Positions 29,541 to 39,496 are shown, counted from the stretch's first letter. The stretch is 64,000 bases of DNA from an uncultured Gammaproteobacteria bacterium (GCA_964503265.1 CAZCYO010000005.1:39151-103150), one strand, 5' to 3'. Program-made: numbers and translations. Notes: generated by a model not told the origin, from the letters alone.

Positions 29541-31940
29541 CTAAGATTGCTGGGGAGTCGTCGGTGGGAGTGGATTTGTCACAGGAATTGTTCCCGTTTG
29601 AGGCTGTGGTGTCGGAGTCATAGTCATAGTTGTTGTTGGTATTTGTGTTGGTTGCACGGTTGGCGTTTGTTGTGGCGCTGTAGGTGTCATAACAGGAGGA
29701 GCACTCGGTTCCTCAACGGTAACCATAATTGGTGCCGTTGGTGCCGTTGGTGCCGTTGGTGCTGCTGTCGGTAGTGGCATAACAGGGGTAACAACTGGAA
29801 CTGGTTGTGGCGTGACTTGCGATAACGGAGGAAGTGGCTGTGCTCCAGGAACAGGGCCGCTATTTAGTGAGGATTGTGTCGGCTGAAATTCTGTCGGTTG
29901 GGTCGGCATAGAGACAGGAGGAGGTGCCTGTTGTATGACTGGTGGTTGTTCGCTTAAAGTAGGTGTTGGCATAACAACTGGCGGTGGTGTTTGCTCAATC
30001 GGTACTGGTGGTGTCTCTGGAACTTGCTCAACAGGCTCAGGGAGTGGTTGTTCAAGTGGTGTATCAAGCGCTGTCTGATCGTCAAGTGTCTGTTGTGCAA
30101 GCTGTTGCTGTTTCATGACCTCCTCTGGATTTGAAGTAATAAGATCGTGCTCAAATGGTGCGCCAAGTACTTTCATCGCGACGTGATTTTGTCCGGCGAA
30201 AAATAATCCTTCTCCGATATCTGCAGTTAATAATAACTCTTTTTCACCTTCAGATAGATAGAAAATTTCTGTCGCCAAATCGACTTCGGCAGTACCTTGT
30301 TTAAGGAGAATCTGAATAGACGAGTTGGTAAGAACTGCTTTACCGTATTCTGTTTTCAAGAAGTCCTCTACGTCTTGTGTGGCGGTTGTTAATCCCAGAT
30401 AGTATTTTCGCGCACGCTTTGCGATTGAATAGACGAATGAGGCTGAATCTTCGTATTTCATCATATACCACGCTTCATCTAAGATCAGGAGTCTTTTTTT
30501 AAGTGATTTTTTAACTTTTGTCCACACGAAATCCAGAATAATATGCATCGCAATTGGACGCAGTTCATCTTCTAGGTTTTTAATATCAAAGATCGTCAGT
30601 GGATTTGTCAGATCAAAATTAGATTTCTGGTTAAAAATACCTGCAGCAGATCCTTTAATGAATTTCTCAAGTCGAAACGCCATCTCTCTTGCATTCGCAT
30701 CCTCATAGCCCATGAGTGTTTTGTATAAATCTTCCATAATTGGTGCTTCTTTGTTCTGGGTAGATGGATCAGGTGTAATGCCTTTTTGACCGTATGTTTC
30801 AATAAGTGCTTTATCTAAAAGCGCGTCATGTTCTGCATCGAGTGTTCCAAGCACGATCTTAAGGAGCCCGTGAAGAGAAAGAATCTTGAGGCCAAGCTCA
30901 TTTTCTCCTGCTTCAAACAGGTTTGCCAAATCAAACGGATTAATTTTAACGGGAGCATTATTTGAGAATTCGACGACTTCACCACCAAGTGTTTGAGTAA
31001 GTGTTCCGTATTCTCCCTCGGGATCTACGACGATTACTTCTGTTCCAAGCATGAATTGCCGCATAATCTCAAGTTTGATCAAATACGATTTCCCTGATCC
31101 TGATTTTCCTAGAACCATCTCGTTCGCATTTTCAAGTGAGAACCTGTCGAAGATAATGAGGGAACCGTTTTGCTGGTTCATCCCATACATGATGCCTTTG
31201 TTCTGTGTAAGCATAGCGCTCGTAAAAGGGAAAGTTGATGCAAGTGATGTCGTATCCATGTTACGAGTGATAAATAGTCGATCACTTGCTATTGGAAGTG
31301 TGGATTTAAATCCTTCTTCCATTTGAAGCGTTGCTGGTTTCGCTGAGAGGAGAAGAGACGCCAGGGTTGTTTGTAGCTGTTTTGATGCTGAGAGCAGATC
31401 TCCAAGCGAATCGCTTGTAATGGTTAGATAAAAAGAAAATTGGAAGAATCTCTCTATGCCTTTTGCTAGTTCTTCCTGAAGTCCAAGTGCATCTTCAAGT
31501 GCTGCTTCAATTTTCGGGTCAACTGGTTTTCCGTTCTCAGCATCTGACGCAATTGTCGCTTCCATTTCCCCGATTTTTCGTCGTAAGTCATTTAATACAT
31601 CATTTGAAGACGTTGGGTAAATAAACATGGAAATATCAATGGTGTGATCGTAATCGACGACTGGTTGTAGCCAACTTGGAGAGACATAACGTGGGTATCC
31701 GACGACAAAGAGGGTGGAGTAATACTTTTCCCCGACACGTACATATTTGAAATCAACTTCAACAGAAGATGGAGAGATAAGATCAACCATCGACACCGTT
31801 CCCTTTTCTAGATTTTGAAGTGCTTTAGATGTAGGTGATGGTGGTGGCGTTTTCCCTTTTGCTGCTGGTTGAGGTGCTTGTGCACCAGCTTGTGTCTGGA
31901 CGGGTGGTTGCGCCACCTTTTTATTTCCAAAAAGTCCCAT
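29541..31940 (-). CDS. VirB4/TraC/CagE-family T4SS ATPase (ATPase body, with a Pro/Thr/Gln-rich ~190-aa C-terminal tail)
   Basis: 799 aa; Walker A GKSGSGKS and Walker B LLILDEAW. The region after the Pro-rich N-terminus (VDFKYVRVGEKYYSTLFVVGYPRYVSPSWL) matches the VirB4 central domain. Confidence 0.85.
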   Translation of the reverse strand: MGLFGNKKVAQPPVQTQAGAQAPQPAAKGKTPPPSPTSKALQNLEKGTVSMVDLISPSSVEVDFKYVRVGEKYYSTLFVVGYPRYVSPSWLQPVVDYDHTIDISMFIYPTSSNDVLNDLRRKIGEMEATIASDAENGKPVDPKIEAALEDALGLQEELAKGIERFFQFSFYLTITSDSLGDLLSASKQLQTTLASLLLSAKPATLQMEEGFKSTLPIASDRLFITRNMDTTSLASTFPFTSAMLTQNKGIMYGMNQQNGSLIIFDRFSLENANEMVLGKSGSGKSYLIKLEIMRQFMLGTEVIVVDPEGEYGTLTQTLGGEVVEFSNNAPVKINPFDLANLFEAGENELGLKILSLHGLLKIVLGTLDAEHDALLDKALIETYGQKGITPDPSTQNKEAPIMEDLYKTLMGYEDANAREMAFRLEKFIKGSAAGIFNQKSNFDLTNPLTIFDIKNLEDELRPIAMHIILDFVWTKVKKSLKKRLLILDEAWYMMKYEDSASFVYSIAKRARKYYLGLTTATQDVEDFLKTEYGKAVLTNSSIQILLKQGTAEVDLATEIFYLSEGEKELLLTADIGEGLFFAGQNHVAMKVLGAPFEHDLITSNPEEVMKQQQLAQQTLDDQTALDTPLEQPLPEPVEQVPETPPVPIEQTPPPVVMPTPTLSEQPPVIQQAPPPVSMPTQPTEFQPTQSSLNSGPVPGAQPLPPLSQVTPQPVPVVTPVMPLPTAAPTAPTAPTAPIMVTVEEPSAPPVMTPTAPQQTPTVQPTQIPTTTMTMTPTPQPQTGTIPVTNPLPPTTPQQS

Positions 31941-32605
31941 TATGCTGCTCCTCCTTCTCGAACGAATGCACCATGAACACTTGTATCAACTTCACTCATA
32001 GAATAGGTGCTATCGTTATAGATTTCATAGAAGAGTTTGGCTAATTCATCTTTTTCAAGGAGTTTTGCCGAGGAAGAGAGTTTTCGAAGTTGGCCAAGTA
32101 ACGATTCGGCTTTCGCGAGAATTGCTTCTTGTGCTTTCGCTGCAAACGCGTCTGGGACATCTCCTTTTTTACTTACAGCTTGAGTTGCTCCAGCTGCTCC
32201 AAGTTCCATTGAAGAGAAAGGAACGACCATATAGAATTGTTTACTTAAGACCACATTTACTTTCGTCATTTCCTGAACAAAGTCTTTATAGAGTTCAATT
32301 TGCTTTGAAAGGAGTGCGTTTGTGGTTTTTTGTGCTTGTTCTTCAAGCTGTTTGGTGTAGATCGAGATATCCATTCGTTTGTTACGAACCAGAATCTGCA
32401 CAGGGAATGTTAATGAATTAAGAAGAGACGCATAGGAGTAGATACGAGCATCCTGTTCAGCTCGTGAGAGAAGTGAGAAGTTACTTGCGGTAATTTCGAT
32501 GATGCCACAGGCATTCCCACTTTCAAGCAGGACTGTGTTTCCGATGATATCCTTTATTTCGGTAAATTTTTGGGTAGATGAATGTACTTGGGCAGATTTA
32601 CTCAT
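31940..32605 (-). CDS. VirB4 N-terminal domain encoded as a separate ORF (split VirB4)
   Basis: 221 aa; EIKDIIGNTVLLESGNACGIIEITASNFSLLSRAEQDARIYSYASLLNSLTFPVQILV matches the conserved extreme N-terminus of Gram-positive VirB4 homologs. Its TAA overlaps the ATG of the ATPase ORF (TAATG). Confidence 0.6.
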   Translation of the reverse strand: MSKSAQVHSSTQKFTEIKDIIGNTVLLESGNACGIIEITASNFSLLSRAEQDARIYSYASLLNSLTFPVQILVRNKRMDISIYTKQLEEQAQKTTNALLSKQIELYKDFVQEMTKVNVVLSKQFYMVVPFSSMELGAAGATQAVSKKGDVPDAFAAKAQEAILAKAESLLGQLRKLSSSAKLLEKDELAKLFYEIYNDSTYSMSEVDTSVHGAFVREGGAA

Positions 32606-32607
32606 AG

Positions 32608-33864
32608 TTAGCTAAACAGTGCTTTTCTTAATTCTTCTCGTTCGTCATGGGACGTAATATCAAGCGGGTGAAGGATGTCTCCATTCACTATTACTTCAAT
32701 TGTATCAAAGCGCGCGATACTTTTGGGATCCTCAAGCGTTAATGTATAAACTCCGTTAGGGAGTGCTGTTGCTGATGCAAATTGTCCGAGTTCATTTGTT
32801 TTAAATGCCCGAACCGGAGTGCCTTCTTTATCGGTTAATTCAACTAAAATATTTGAGAGAATATTCCCTCGTGGATCGTGGACCACTCCAAGAAGGACGT
32901 TTGGTGTGTCTGAAGGGGTTAATATCCCTCGACTTTTTGCTTCGGCCGGTGTCATAAGTTTTTTTACATGAGGCTCGTAAGCTAAGTCTACAGGCGTTTC
33001 ATTTGGAGCAGGTGGTTTTAATTCCTCGACTGTATACGTGCTCGTCAGTTGTGGGGCAGCTGCCGATGTTTCTGCTTGGTGCATTTTTTGTAGTTCTTGC
33101 TCGAGCTGCTCTTTTTGTTTGAGAAGCGCTTGCAGTTGATGTTCAAGTGACATTGTATGATCATGCGCAGCTTGAGTCTGTGCAGCCTGTGCATGCATTT
33201 CTTCATCTTTTGCCTTATTAAGTTCTGCCTGCATCTTCGTCACTGTATCGATAATTTCTTTGTCTTTTTCTTCAAGTGATGTTGGTGCAGTGGATTGTGT
33301 TGTTATTTGGGGAATGATAATTCCGCCATCAATTGCCACAGGAGGAGTGGTTGGGTGCTGAAGCGGTAGAGGCGCTGGGGCTTGAGGATTAAATAAATGC
33401 TGCAGGAAGGCTGATTCACGAGTATCCATGTCAGATTGCTTTTGGGTTGCTGTACTGGCGAGAAATGTCGTAAATGCTTTTTTCTTTTCTTCTTCTTGTG
33501 CCTTTTTTTCCGGTTGATGAGTCGCGTTTTGATTTACGTGAGTTGAAATGGAGAAGTCTGTAAACGCATAGTGATTACCCATCTTTTGATACACATATTG
33601 GTTCGGTGAAATAAGTGCTTTAAGGAGTTGTGTAACCATAACATCAAGTGGGCGTCCGTCAATTGGTAAGAATGCAAGGGCTGCACCACTTCCGGCAAAT
33701 AGCGGGATGAAGATAAGTTTTAGTAAGAGAAAGACAGGAGCATAGTAAAGAATAATTGCACTTACACAGCCGGTCGCGAGATAGGCAAATTGCTTCACTG
33801 TCATGTTTCCGATGAGTTTAAATTGAAATCCGGTGACGTCTTGTGGGATAGGATGGTTTTCCAT
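32608..33864 (-). CDS. VirB3-like (PrgI/TcpE-family) membrane protein fused to a coiled coil and a C-terminal carboxypeptidase-regulatory-like beta-sandwich domain
   Basis: 418 aa; N-terminus FQFKLIGNMTVKQFAYLATGCVSAIILYYAPVFLLL with two TM segments (VirB3/PrgI-like); central Q/E-rich coiled coil; C-terminus LLGVVHDPRGNILSNILVELTDKEGTPVRAFKTNELGQFA (CarboxypepD_reg-like). Confidence 0.5.
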   Translation of the reverse strand: MENHPIPQDVTGFQFKLIGNMTVKQFAYLATGCVSAIILYYAPVFLLLKLIFIPLFAGSGAALAFLPIDGRPLDVMVTQLLKALISPNQYVYQKMGNHYAFTDFSISTHVNQNATHQPEKKAQEEEKKKAFTTFLASTATQKQSDMDTRESAFLQHLFNPQAPAPLPLQHPTTPPVAIDGGIIIPQITTQSTAPTSLEEKDKEIIDTVTKMQAELNKAKDEEMHAQAAQTQAAHDHTMSLEHQLQALLKQKEQLEQELQKMHQAETSAAAPQLTSTYTVEELKPPAPNETPVDLAYEPHVKKLMTPAEAKSRGILTPSDTPNVLLGVVHDPRGNILSNILVELTDKEGTPVRAFKTNELGQFASATALPNGVYTLTLEDPKSIARFDTIEVIVNGDILHPLDITSHDEREELRKALFS

Positions 33865-34027
33865 AGGCAGGAAAAGTGATTAGAGAATCACTATCATACA
33901 AACAGTGTATAACGTGAAAAATTTGCAATCAAGAGTATCGCAATGGATCAAAAGAGGACTAAAATAGGGTGGTTTTGTGAAAAATCTGGACGAGAGTTCA
34001 ACAGTTCTTCTACTCGCTTAATGGACA

Positions 34028-37000
34028 CTAGGCTGCTTTGGCATGCGTGTCATCGTGCGCGGAATCAGGTTTTCGTCCACGTCCTCTTATTCGATTCATG
34101 AAGCTTCTAACTTTCCCAGGTTCTTTTGCATGACTATCTTCATGATGATTATCATCGTGCTTTGCATGGTCAGCTTCTTCTTCTGGTGCTTTCTTTTTCT
34201 CGTCTATAGCATATTGTGTTTCTGCTTCTAGTTTTGCAAATACGTCTTCTGCTTTTGAAAGAATTGCACTTTGTGCTTTATCCTCCGGCGATGTTTTATC
34301 TTTGAGTGCAGCAATTCGCGCATGAATATTCTCTTTAGCTGCTTTATGTGCCGCAAGTTTATCATCTTCTGTCATACCCGTTGTATATCGTTGGTTCAGT
34401 CCCGCGCGGAGATCAGCTGGGAACGCAGCGTCTTCAATAAAGGGCTTTGCTTTATCAGGAATATCTCCAGGCTTTTTTTCTTCAGTTTTTGTTTCGGCTG
34501 GTTTTGTGCCTGAACCCGTTGGAGCAGCTGCAGGCGTGTCTGTTTGTGTTTTATGTTCATCAGATTTTCCTGTATGAGGTGTTTTGTGTTCTTCTTTCTT
34601 CTTTTCTGGGACGACTCCTGTGGCTTCAAGTTCGCGTCGTGGATCAAAAGGAAGTGGGATCGCAGGCCACGGCTCAGTCACGGTCGGCGGCGTAATGAGC
34701 ATATCTTTTGGAAGAGTGAGCGTCATGGTTGCATTAATACTCGTGTCTGGTGGAGCTAGTGCGATCACATCGCCTGTTAATGGAAGGCCATAATTACCAG
34801 GTCCTGGAACTGGGTTAAATCCTTGACCAGTAAACCCAGCTTCACCGAGATTGTGTAGAAAATCAGGATTCTTCGCTTTGAGTTCACTAACTTTTCTAAT
34901 ATCAAATCTAAAGTTCACTAAATCACCGCGTGCTCCGCCTGGGCGAGGGAAGTTCGTTGGATTCGTTTCAGTATCCATATAATATTCACCTTCAAGTACT
35001 GGTTGTCCGTTAAGACTCATGTCTTGAATTGTAATATGCTTGTTCGCATCATATGTGATCTTAATTCGTCCTTCATCTGTGGTTATATCGCCACCAGTTG
35101 GATTTGCTTTAATGAGAGCTGTGATTCTGTCGTGGAGAGGCACTTTGTTTTCAATGACGACATTTCCGACTGAGAGACCCGCTTTATCGAGTGCTGCATG
35201 GAGTCCTTGCATCTCTTGTGGTTGGCCGGTGAATTTGACTGATCCATCGGGTTGAATTTCCCCCATGACATGCTTTGTACTTGGTAGCCAGAATTTACCT
35301 CCTGGAAGTACTTTTATGCGATCGACACTTTGAGTGACTGGATTTGGCATGTCGAAGAATGCTGCCTGACTTCCTCCGTTTACAGCAGCAAGTGCTTGTT
35401 TCATTTGTACTACTTGCATTGAATCGACACTAGTATGTGGAAGTCCGCTTAGCATAGCTTTTACTTCCGTTGGGAGATCAGGTGCTTTGGCGATATCTCC
35501 ATGTACCACGATTGATCCATCCTGTTTTACAAACATAGGGAGGTTGAGTGCTTTTCCCTTCTGGTCAAGAACGGGAACTCCTTGTTTATCAAGCAGCCAG
35601 AGGTGTCGTTCTGTGCCTGAAAAAGCAGTTTCTGGATGGACACGAAATCCGTTGGGGAGTGATACGTCATGTCCAGTTTTAAATGCATCTTTAAATGCAT
35701 CAATACTTGGCGGAACACTGAACTTATTCTCAATCCATGCGCCAGCGCCTGTTCCTCTAAGGCCTCTGGTCTGTTCCATAGCGCCTTTGCCCATTCGGTC
35801 AAAGAGGGTAGGACCGACGTACTGTGGTTGGCCAGTTCTCAGCTCTGTTATGGTTGCACGGGCACTTGAGGCGATCTTTTGTCCGATAACTCCACCCACC
35901 ATACCTGTGCCAAAGCTGATCGCACCAGCAGTAAGGGAGCGACGGAATCGGTAGTTTCTCATTCGTCGATCAGCAGCTCGCTGTCCTGGAGTGAGTTCTT
36001 GTGCCCATTTGGAGAGTTCTGTTACTAGATCTTGTTGCATTTCTTGATATTTTGCTTGAGTTGAAATATCGAAATGTAACAGTTCTGCTAAATCTTTCTC
36101 GTCCTTGGTGAGATTCGCGCTTTCATCACCATAGGCGGTGGCACTCTCAAAGGTAATAAGGTTCTTACGATTGTCGACTGACATTTCTTCTCTTTTTATA
36201 ATTTCAGCAATTCTACTTCTCGCTTCATTAACTGCTCGAGTCATGCGATTTGCATCTCCACTGGTCATGTCTGCTTTAATTTCAGCCACACTTCGTCTCG
36301 TGCGTCCGGTTATGATATCGACAGTTGTTCCTCCTCCTTCATGGAGTACTTTTGCTGAAATTGCTTTTCTGAGTTCAAATATTTGTTCAAGTTCGTGACG
36401 ATTTCGTGCGTCTGGTCCGGTGGATCGTCTGTTATACGCGACGTCTTTATTCACTGTCCAGTAATCACGATTTGCTTCCTGCCATTTTCTCGCTCCCGCT
36501 GCGACTCCTGCTGCAGCTGAGGCAACGCCAAGTGGCGTAAATGGAGAGAGAGGGGCCGCAATTCTTCCGATCAATCTAACCGGTCCTGCCCATCCTCGTC
36601 CGGCGATTGCGACAATTGCTCCGACAGTCATCGGGTGGAGTAGGGTATTTCCAATTACCGCAAGAATCGGTCCGCCTTCACGCAGTACCCGAGCTCTCGC
36701 ATTTACTCTATAAAGAAGACTTTCTTCCCAGCCTCGACCATTTTCATAAGCAGCAGCACGTTCATTCCCTAAGATAAAGACAACTTTTTTATTAACCCTA
36801 TCAAGAGCTGCGAGACGATCTGCTTCGGGGATGAGTTTACCATCTTTATCGACAATAGTTTTTAGATACCTTTCTCGTGCGACTTTCGCCATCTGCGTTA
36901 TGTCTGAAGCAAATTCTTGGGCGCGATCTCCATAGCGATTGGGTGCGTTGAGGATTGCTTGCGCATCAGGGTCGCGTGGATTGGCACGAATGATATCTCG

Positions 37001-39496
37001 AAGTTCTGTGCGTATTTGTTCAGGTGTCCACGTCCTGTCATCGACCACCATCGATCGAAGCATTCGATCCCAAATTCGTGTATGAAGCTCACTTCCATTT
37101 CGTACTTCCCTAATTGTTTCTCCACGTCGTCGCGCTTGTTCGGACGTCATGTTCTTTATACGATCGACAGTTCCAGCTGCCGAGGCATTTAATTCTGCAC
37201 GAACAGCAGCAGCAGTCGCTTCCATATTTGCACGACCAAGCATTTGGCGCTGTCTTCCGTCTAAGATGTTCATGACACCTTCACGCTGTCTAAAGCTCGT
37301 TGGAACTTCAGCAATTCTTCTCATCCAGTTGGTAAAGCGTGACCATCCACGACGGCGAAGCCCTTCGTTAACACTTTCTTTCGTTCGAATATCACCTAAC
37401 TGTGCCGCAGCTTCTGTCCTGTTCGCGATACCGATTTCAATATCCTCAGGTTCGACTGGGCCAGGGGGACCTTCTATAGTGGGCTTCGAATCATTAGTAG
37501 TAGGCTCTTTTCCTACGGGTGCAGTTGGTGGGGAAGCAACTTTGTTTTCTTGTTGATTACTTTCAGTACCAGTTATAACTGGAGCTGCTGGTGGGTCTCC
37601 ATCAAGCGTATCTGGTTTTTTTGTAGGGTTGTTATCTCCAGAGGTGCCATCCGTATCTTTCCCAGTACCTGATGCATTTCCGTTTGGCCCTTGGACGAAG
37701 TCTTTTCGTTTTATTCGTATTGACGATGCTTTTTTCTCTGGAGTAGCTGTTTTATTTCGTCTGATGAGTAATTCTGCTCCTTTTCGCCCGAAGTCGAGGA
37801 GTAAGTCATTATCATTTTCGTTAAACAGTGTTTTCATTCGTGCAATTGCTGTTTGCTTCGGTGTTCTTTCCTCAGCAAGCTTTTTTCCGTCAACTGTCAT
37901 TGGTGTAAGTGTGAGGTCTCGAGTTAATTTATTCCCTTCATTATCTTTTCCGACCCCTTCATATTGTGCGATCAGCTCGCTAATCTTCATATTCTTGGCT
38001 TCATTGAGCTTTACTCGCATTTGCTCAAGTACGGTGTCAGCTTTTGGCGTTGGTTCATTAAGAGAGGTCATGGCATCAAAAACTCGCTGATAGAACTGAC
38101 CTCTGAGTTCACTTAATTTCTTTGCAGCCTCTGTGTAGGCAGGAGTGCCACGTTTAGATTTGTCTTGAAGAATGACCTCATGTGCGCGCATTTGCTCACG
38201 ATATGTTTTATCTTTATCCTTTGTAAGCTGCTCGTCTTTTACATCAAGAAGTCGATCAGAGAGAAGGGCCATGGCGTAGAGATCTTTTTGTGGATTTGCA
38301 TTGGCAGCTTCAGGTCCACCGACCCGAGTGCCATCAGGTTTCTGCTTAAAATACGATTCCATATTCCCAGCAACTGTTTCATTCGGGGTTTTATGCCCCA
38401 CGACTGTATACACTTCTTGGCGGCGATATGGGTCAAGGAGTGTATTATTACTTGCTTCCACGGCTATTGCGTGTTGTGCTTCAAGTGCCATAAGGATTTG
38501 AAATCCTTCGCCTTTTCGGGCGACAGCATTCAGCGCTTTCGTGAGCGAATCGTCTTTTCCGGCATAATCTCCTCGAAAACGAATACGGTCTTCAATTTGT
38601 TTATATAATGCATCAGTATTTTTCTCAGCAGGGAGGGCAATTCTTGCTGCTTTGAAAAGTTCACCTGCTGTATCCCATGCGTCTTTTGATTGTTTCTGTA
38701 CCTCTTCAATGCTTAGTCCCGTATCTCCCGGTTCGTCAGTGAAGTAGGGGAATGCGTGTGTAGTCTCCTCTCCTTCTTTTATTTCTGTTAACGCTTTAGC
38801 TAATGTTGGTAGATCTCCACTTTTTCTAGCTGCTTCTAACCTCGGATCGTTTGTAAATTTTCCACTTGCATCTCTTTCTGGAGCAGGTTTATCTGATGAT
38901 CGAGGAACTTTAGGGAGTTCGAGAACACGAAGTGTTTGTATCTCATTTTGCGCAAGTTTAATGTCTGCTTCAACGGGTGTGTCATTTCCCGATATAATTC
39001 GTGCACGTTCTTTAATTTTTATTTCCCCTTCTTCATGGGAGAATAAATTATCATATGTTCTTCCTCCTGCCTCTAATGTGTCCTTAATCTTTTTGAGCTT
39101 GTTTTTCTCGTCATCCGTAGAAGCTAATACTAGCTCATCATCTAGAAATTTAAGTACTCCATTAACAGGAAGTCCCTCTCTGACTGTATGTGTTTTTCCA
39201 TCACTAATAACAGGCCTGTCATAACTATCTCTTAAGTCGATGACCTGCTTTCCTGGTTTGCCATCTATTACGATGTCTGCTAATGGTTTTCGTTCAGATA
39301 GTTTTTTGAGTGCACTAGAAAAAGTATCATATGCCGCAAAGGTAGCCGCATCTTTCGGATCTAGTGTTTTGGGGTCTTTGCCACGAAAAGGTTCGGCTTT
39401 TTTTGCCCAAAGCCGTTGTGCTTCATGTACGACATTAACGACAACTTTACGTTCTTGACCAGCGTCTTTCTCAGCTGTTACTCCTGTTTCGGCCAT
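34028..39496 (-). CDS. giant hypothetical protein (1822 aa) with central hydrophobic segments and a His/Lys/Asp-rich C-terminus; candidate T4SS structural protein or substrate
   Basis: Single uninterrupted ORF; no NTP-binding motif; putative TM segments around residues 940-990 (ILAVIGNTLLHPMTVGAIVAIAG; RLIGRIAAPLSPFTPLGVASAAAGVAAGA); low-complexity P/T/K linker regions. Confidence 0.5.
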   Translation of the reverse strand: MAETGVTAEKDAGQERKVVVNVVHEAQRLWAKKAEPFRGKDPKTLDPKDAATFAAYDTFSSALKKLSERKPLADIVIDGKPGKQVIDLRDSYDRPVISDGKTHTVREGLPVNGVLKFLDDELVLASTDDEKNKLKKIKDTLEAGGRTYDNLFSHEEGEIKIKERARIISGNDTPVEADIKLAQNEIQTLRVLELPKVPRSSDKPAPERDASGKFTNDPRLEAARKSGDLPTLAKALTEIKEGEETTHAFPYFTDEPGDTGLSIEEVQKQSKDAWDTAGELFKAARIALPAEKNTDALYKQIEDRIRFRGDYAGKDDSLTKALNAVARKGEGFQILMALEAQHAIAVEASNNTLLDPYRRQEVYTVVGHKTPNETVAGNMESYFKQKPDGTRVGGPEAANANPQKDLYAMALLSDRLLDVKDEQLTKDKDKTYREQMRAHEVILQDKSKRGTPAYTEAAKKLSELRGQFYQRVFDAMTSLNEPTPKADTVLEQMRVKLNEAKNMKISELIAQYEGVGKDNEGNKLTRDLTLTPMTVDGKKLAEERTPKQTAIARMKTLFNENDNDLLLDFGRKGAELLIRRNKTATPEKKASSIRIKRKDFVQGPNGNASGTGKDTDGTSGDNNPTKKPDTLDGDPPAAPVITGTESNQQENKVASPPTAPVGKEPTTNDSKPTIEGPPGPVEPEDIEIGIANRTEAAAQLGDIRTKESVNEGLRRRGWSRFTNWMRRIAEVPTSFRQREGVMNILDGRQRQMLGRANMEATAAAVRAELNASAAGTVDRIKNMTSEQARRRGETIREVRNGSELHTRIWDRMLRSMVVDDRTWTPEQIRTELRDIIRANPRDPDAQAILNAPNRYGDRAQEFASDITQMAKVARERYLKTIVDKDGKLIPEADRLAALDRVNKKVVFILGNERAAAYENGRGWEESLLYRVNARARVLREGGPILAVIGNTLLHPMTVGAIVAIAGRGWAGPVRLIGRIAAPLSPFTPLGVASAAAGVAAGARKWQEANRDYWTVNKDVAYNRRSTGPDARNRHELEQIFELRKAISAKVLHEGGGTTVDIITGRTRRSVAEIKADMTSGDANRMTRAVNEARSRIAEIIKREEMSVDNRKNLITFESATAYGDESANLTKDEKDLAELLHFDISTQAKYQEMQQDLVTELSKWAQELTPGQRAADRRMRNYRFRRSLTAGAISFGTGMVGGVIGQKIASSARATITELRTGQPQYVGPTLFDRMGKGAMEQTRGLRGTGAGAWIENKFSVPPSIDAFKDAFKTGHDVSLPNGFRVHPETAFSGTERHLWLLDKQGVPVLDQKGKALNLPMFVKQDGSIVVHGDIAKAPDLPTEVKAMLSGLPHTSVDSMQVVQMKQALAAVNGGSQAAFFDMPNPVTQSVDRIKVLPGGKFWLPSTKHVMGEIQPDGSVKFTGQPQEMQGLHAALDKAGLSVGNVVIENKVPLHDRITALIKANPTGGDITTDEGRIKITYDANKHITIQDMSLNGQPVLEGEYYMDTETNPTNFPRPGGARGDLVNFRFDIRKVSELKAKNPDFLHNLGEAGFTGQGFNPVPGPGNYGLPLTGDVIALAPPDTSINATMTLTLPKDMLITPPTVTEPWPAIPLPFDPRRELEATGVVPEKKKEEHKTPHTGKSDEHKTQTDTPAAAPTGSGTKPAETKTEEKKPGDIPDKAKPFIEDAAFPADLRAGLNQRYTTGMTEDDKLAAHKAAKENIHARIAALKDKTSPEDKAQSAILSKAEDVFAKLEAETQYAIDEKKKAPEEEADHAKHDDNHHEDSHAKEPGKVRSFMNRIRGRGRKPDSAHDDTHAKAA

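Noticed and set aside
29547-29774. 75-aa Cys/Arg/Trp-rich plus-strand ORF (…CRWCRWCRWCCCR)
   Set aside because: It is the antisense reading of the GGTGCCGTT/PTAP tandem repeat in the VirB4 tail, so it is a repeat artefact.
36700-36760. RGD tripeptide (GGARGDLVNF) in the 1822-aa protein as a eukaryotic integrin-binding motif
   Set aside because: A three-residue motif is expected by chance in a protein of this size, so there is no support beyond the tripeptide itself.
34043-39458. Numerous 60-155-aa ORFs on both strands within 34-39.5 kb
   Set aside because: All are nested inside the single uninterrupted 1822-aa ORF in other frames. None has an independent signal.
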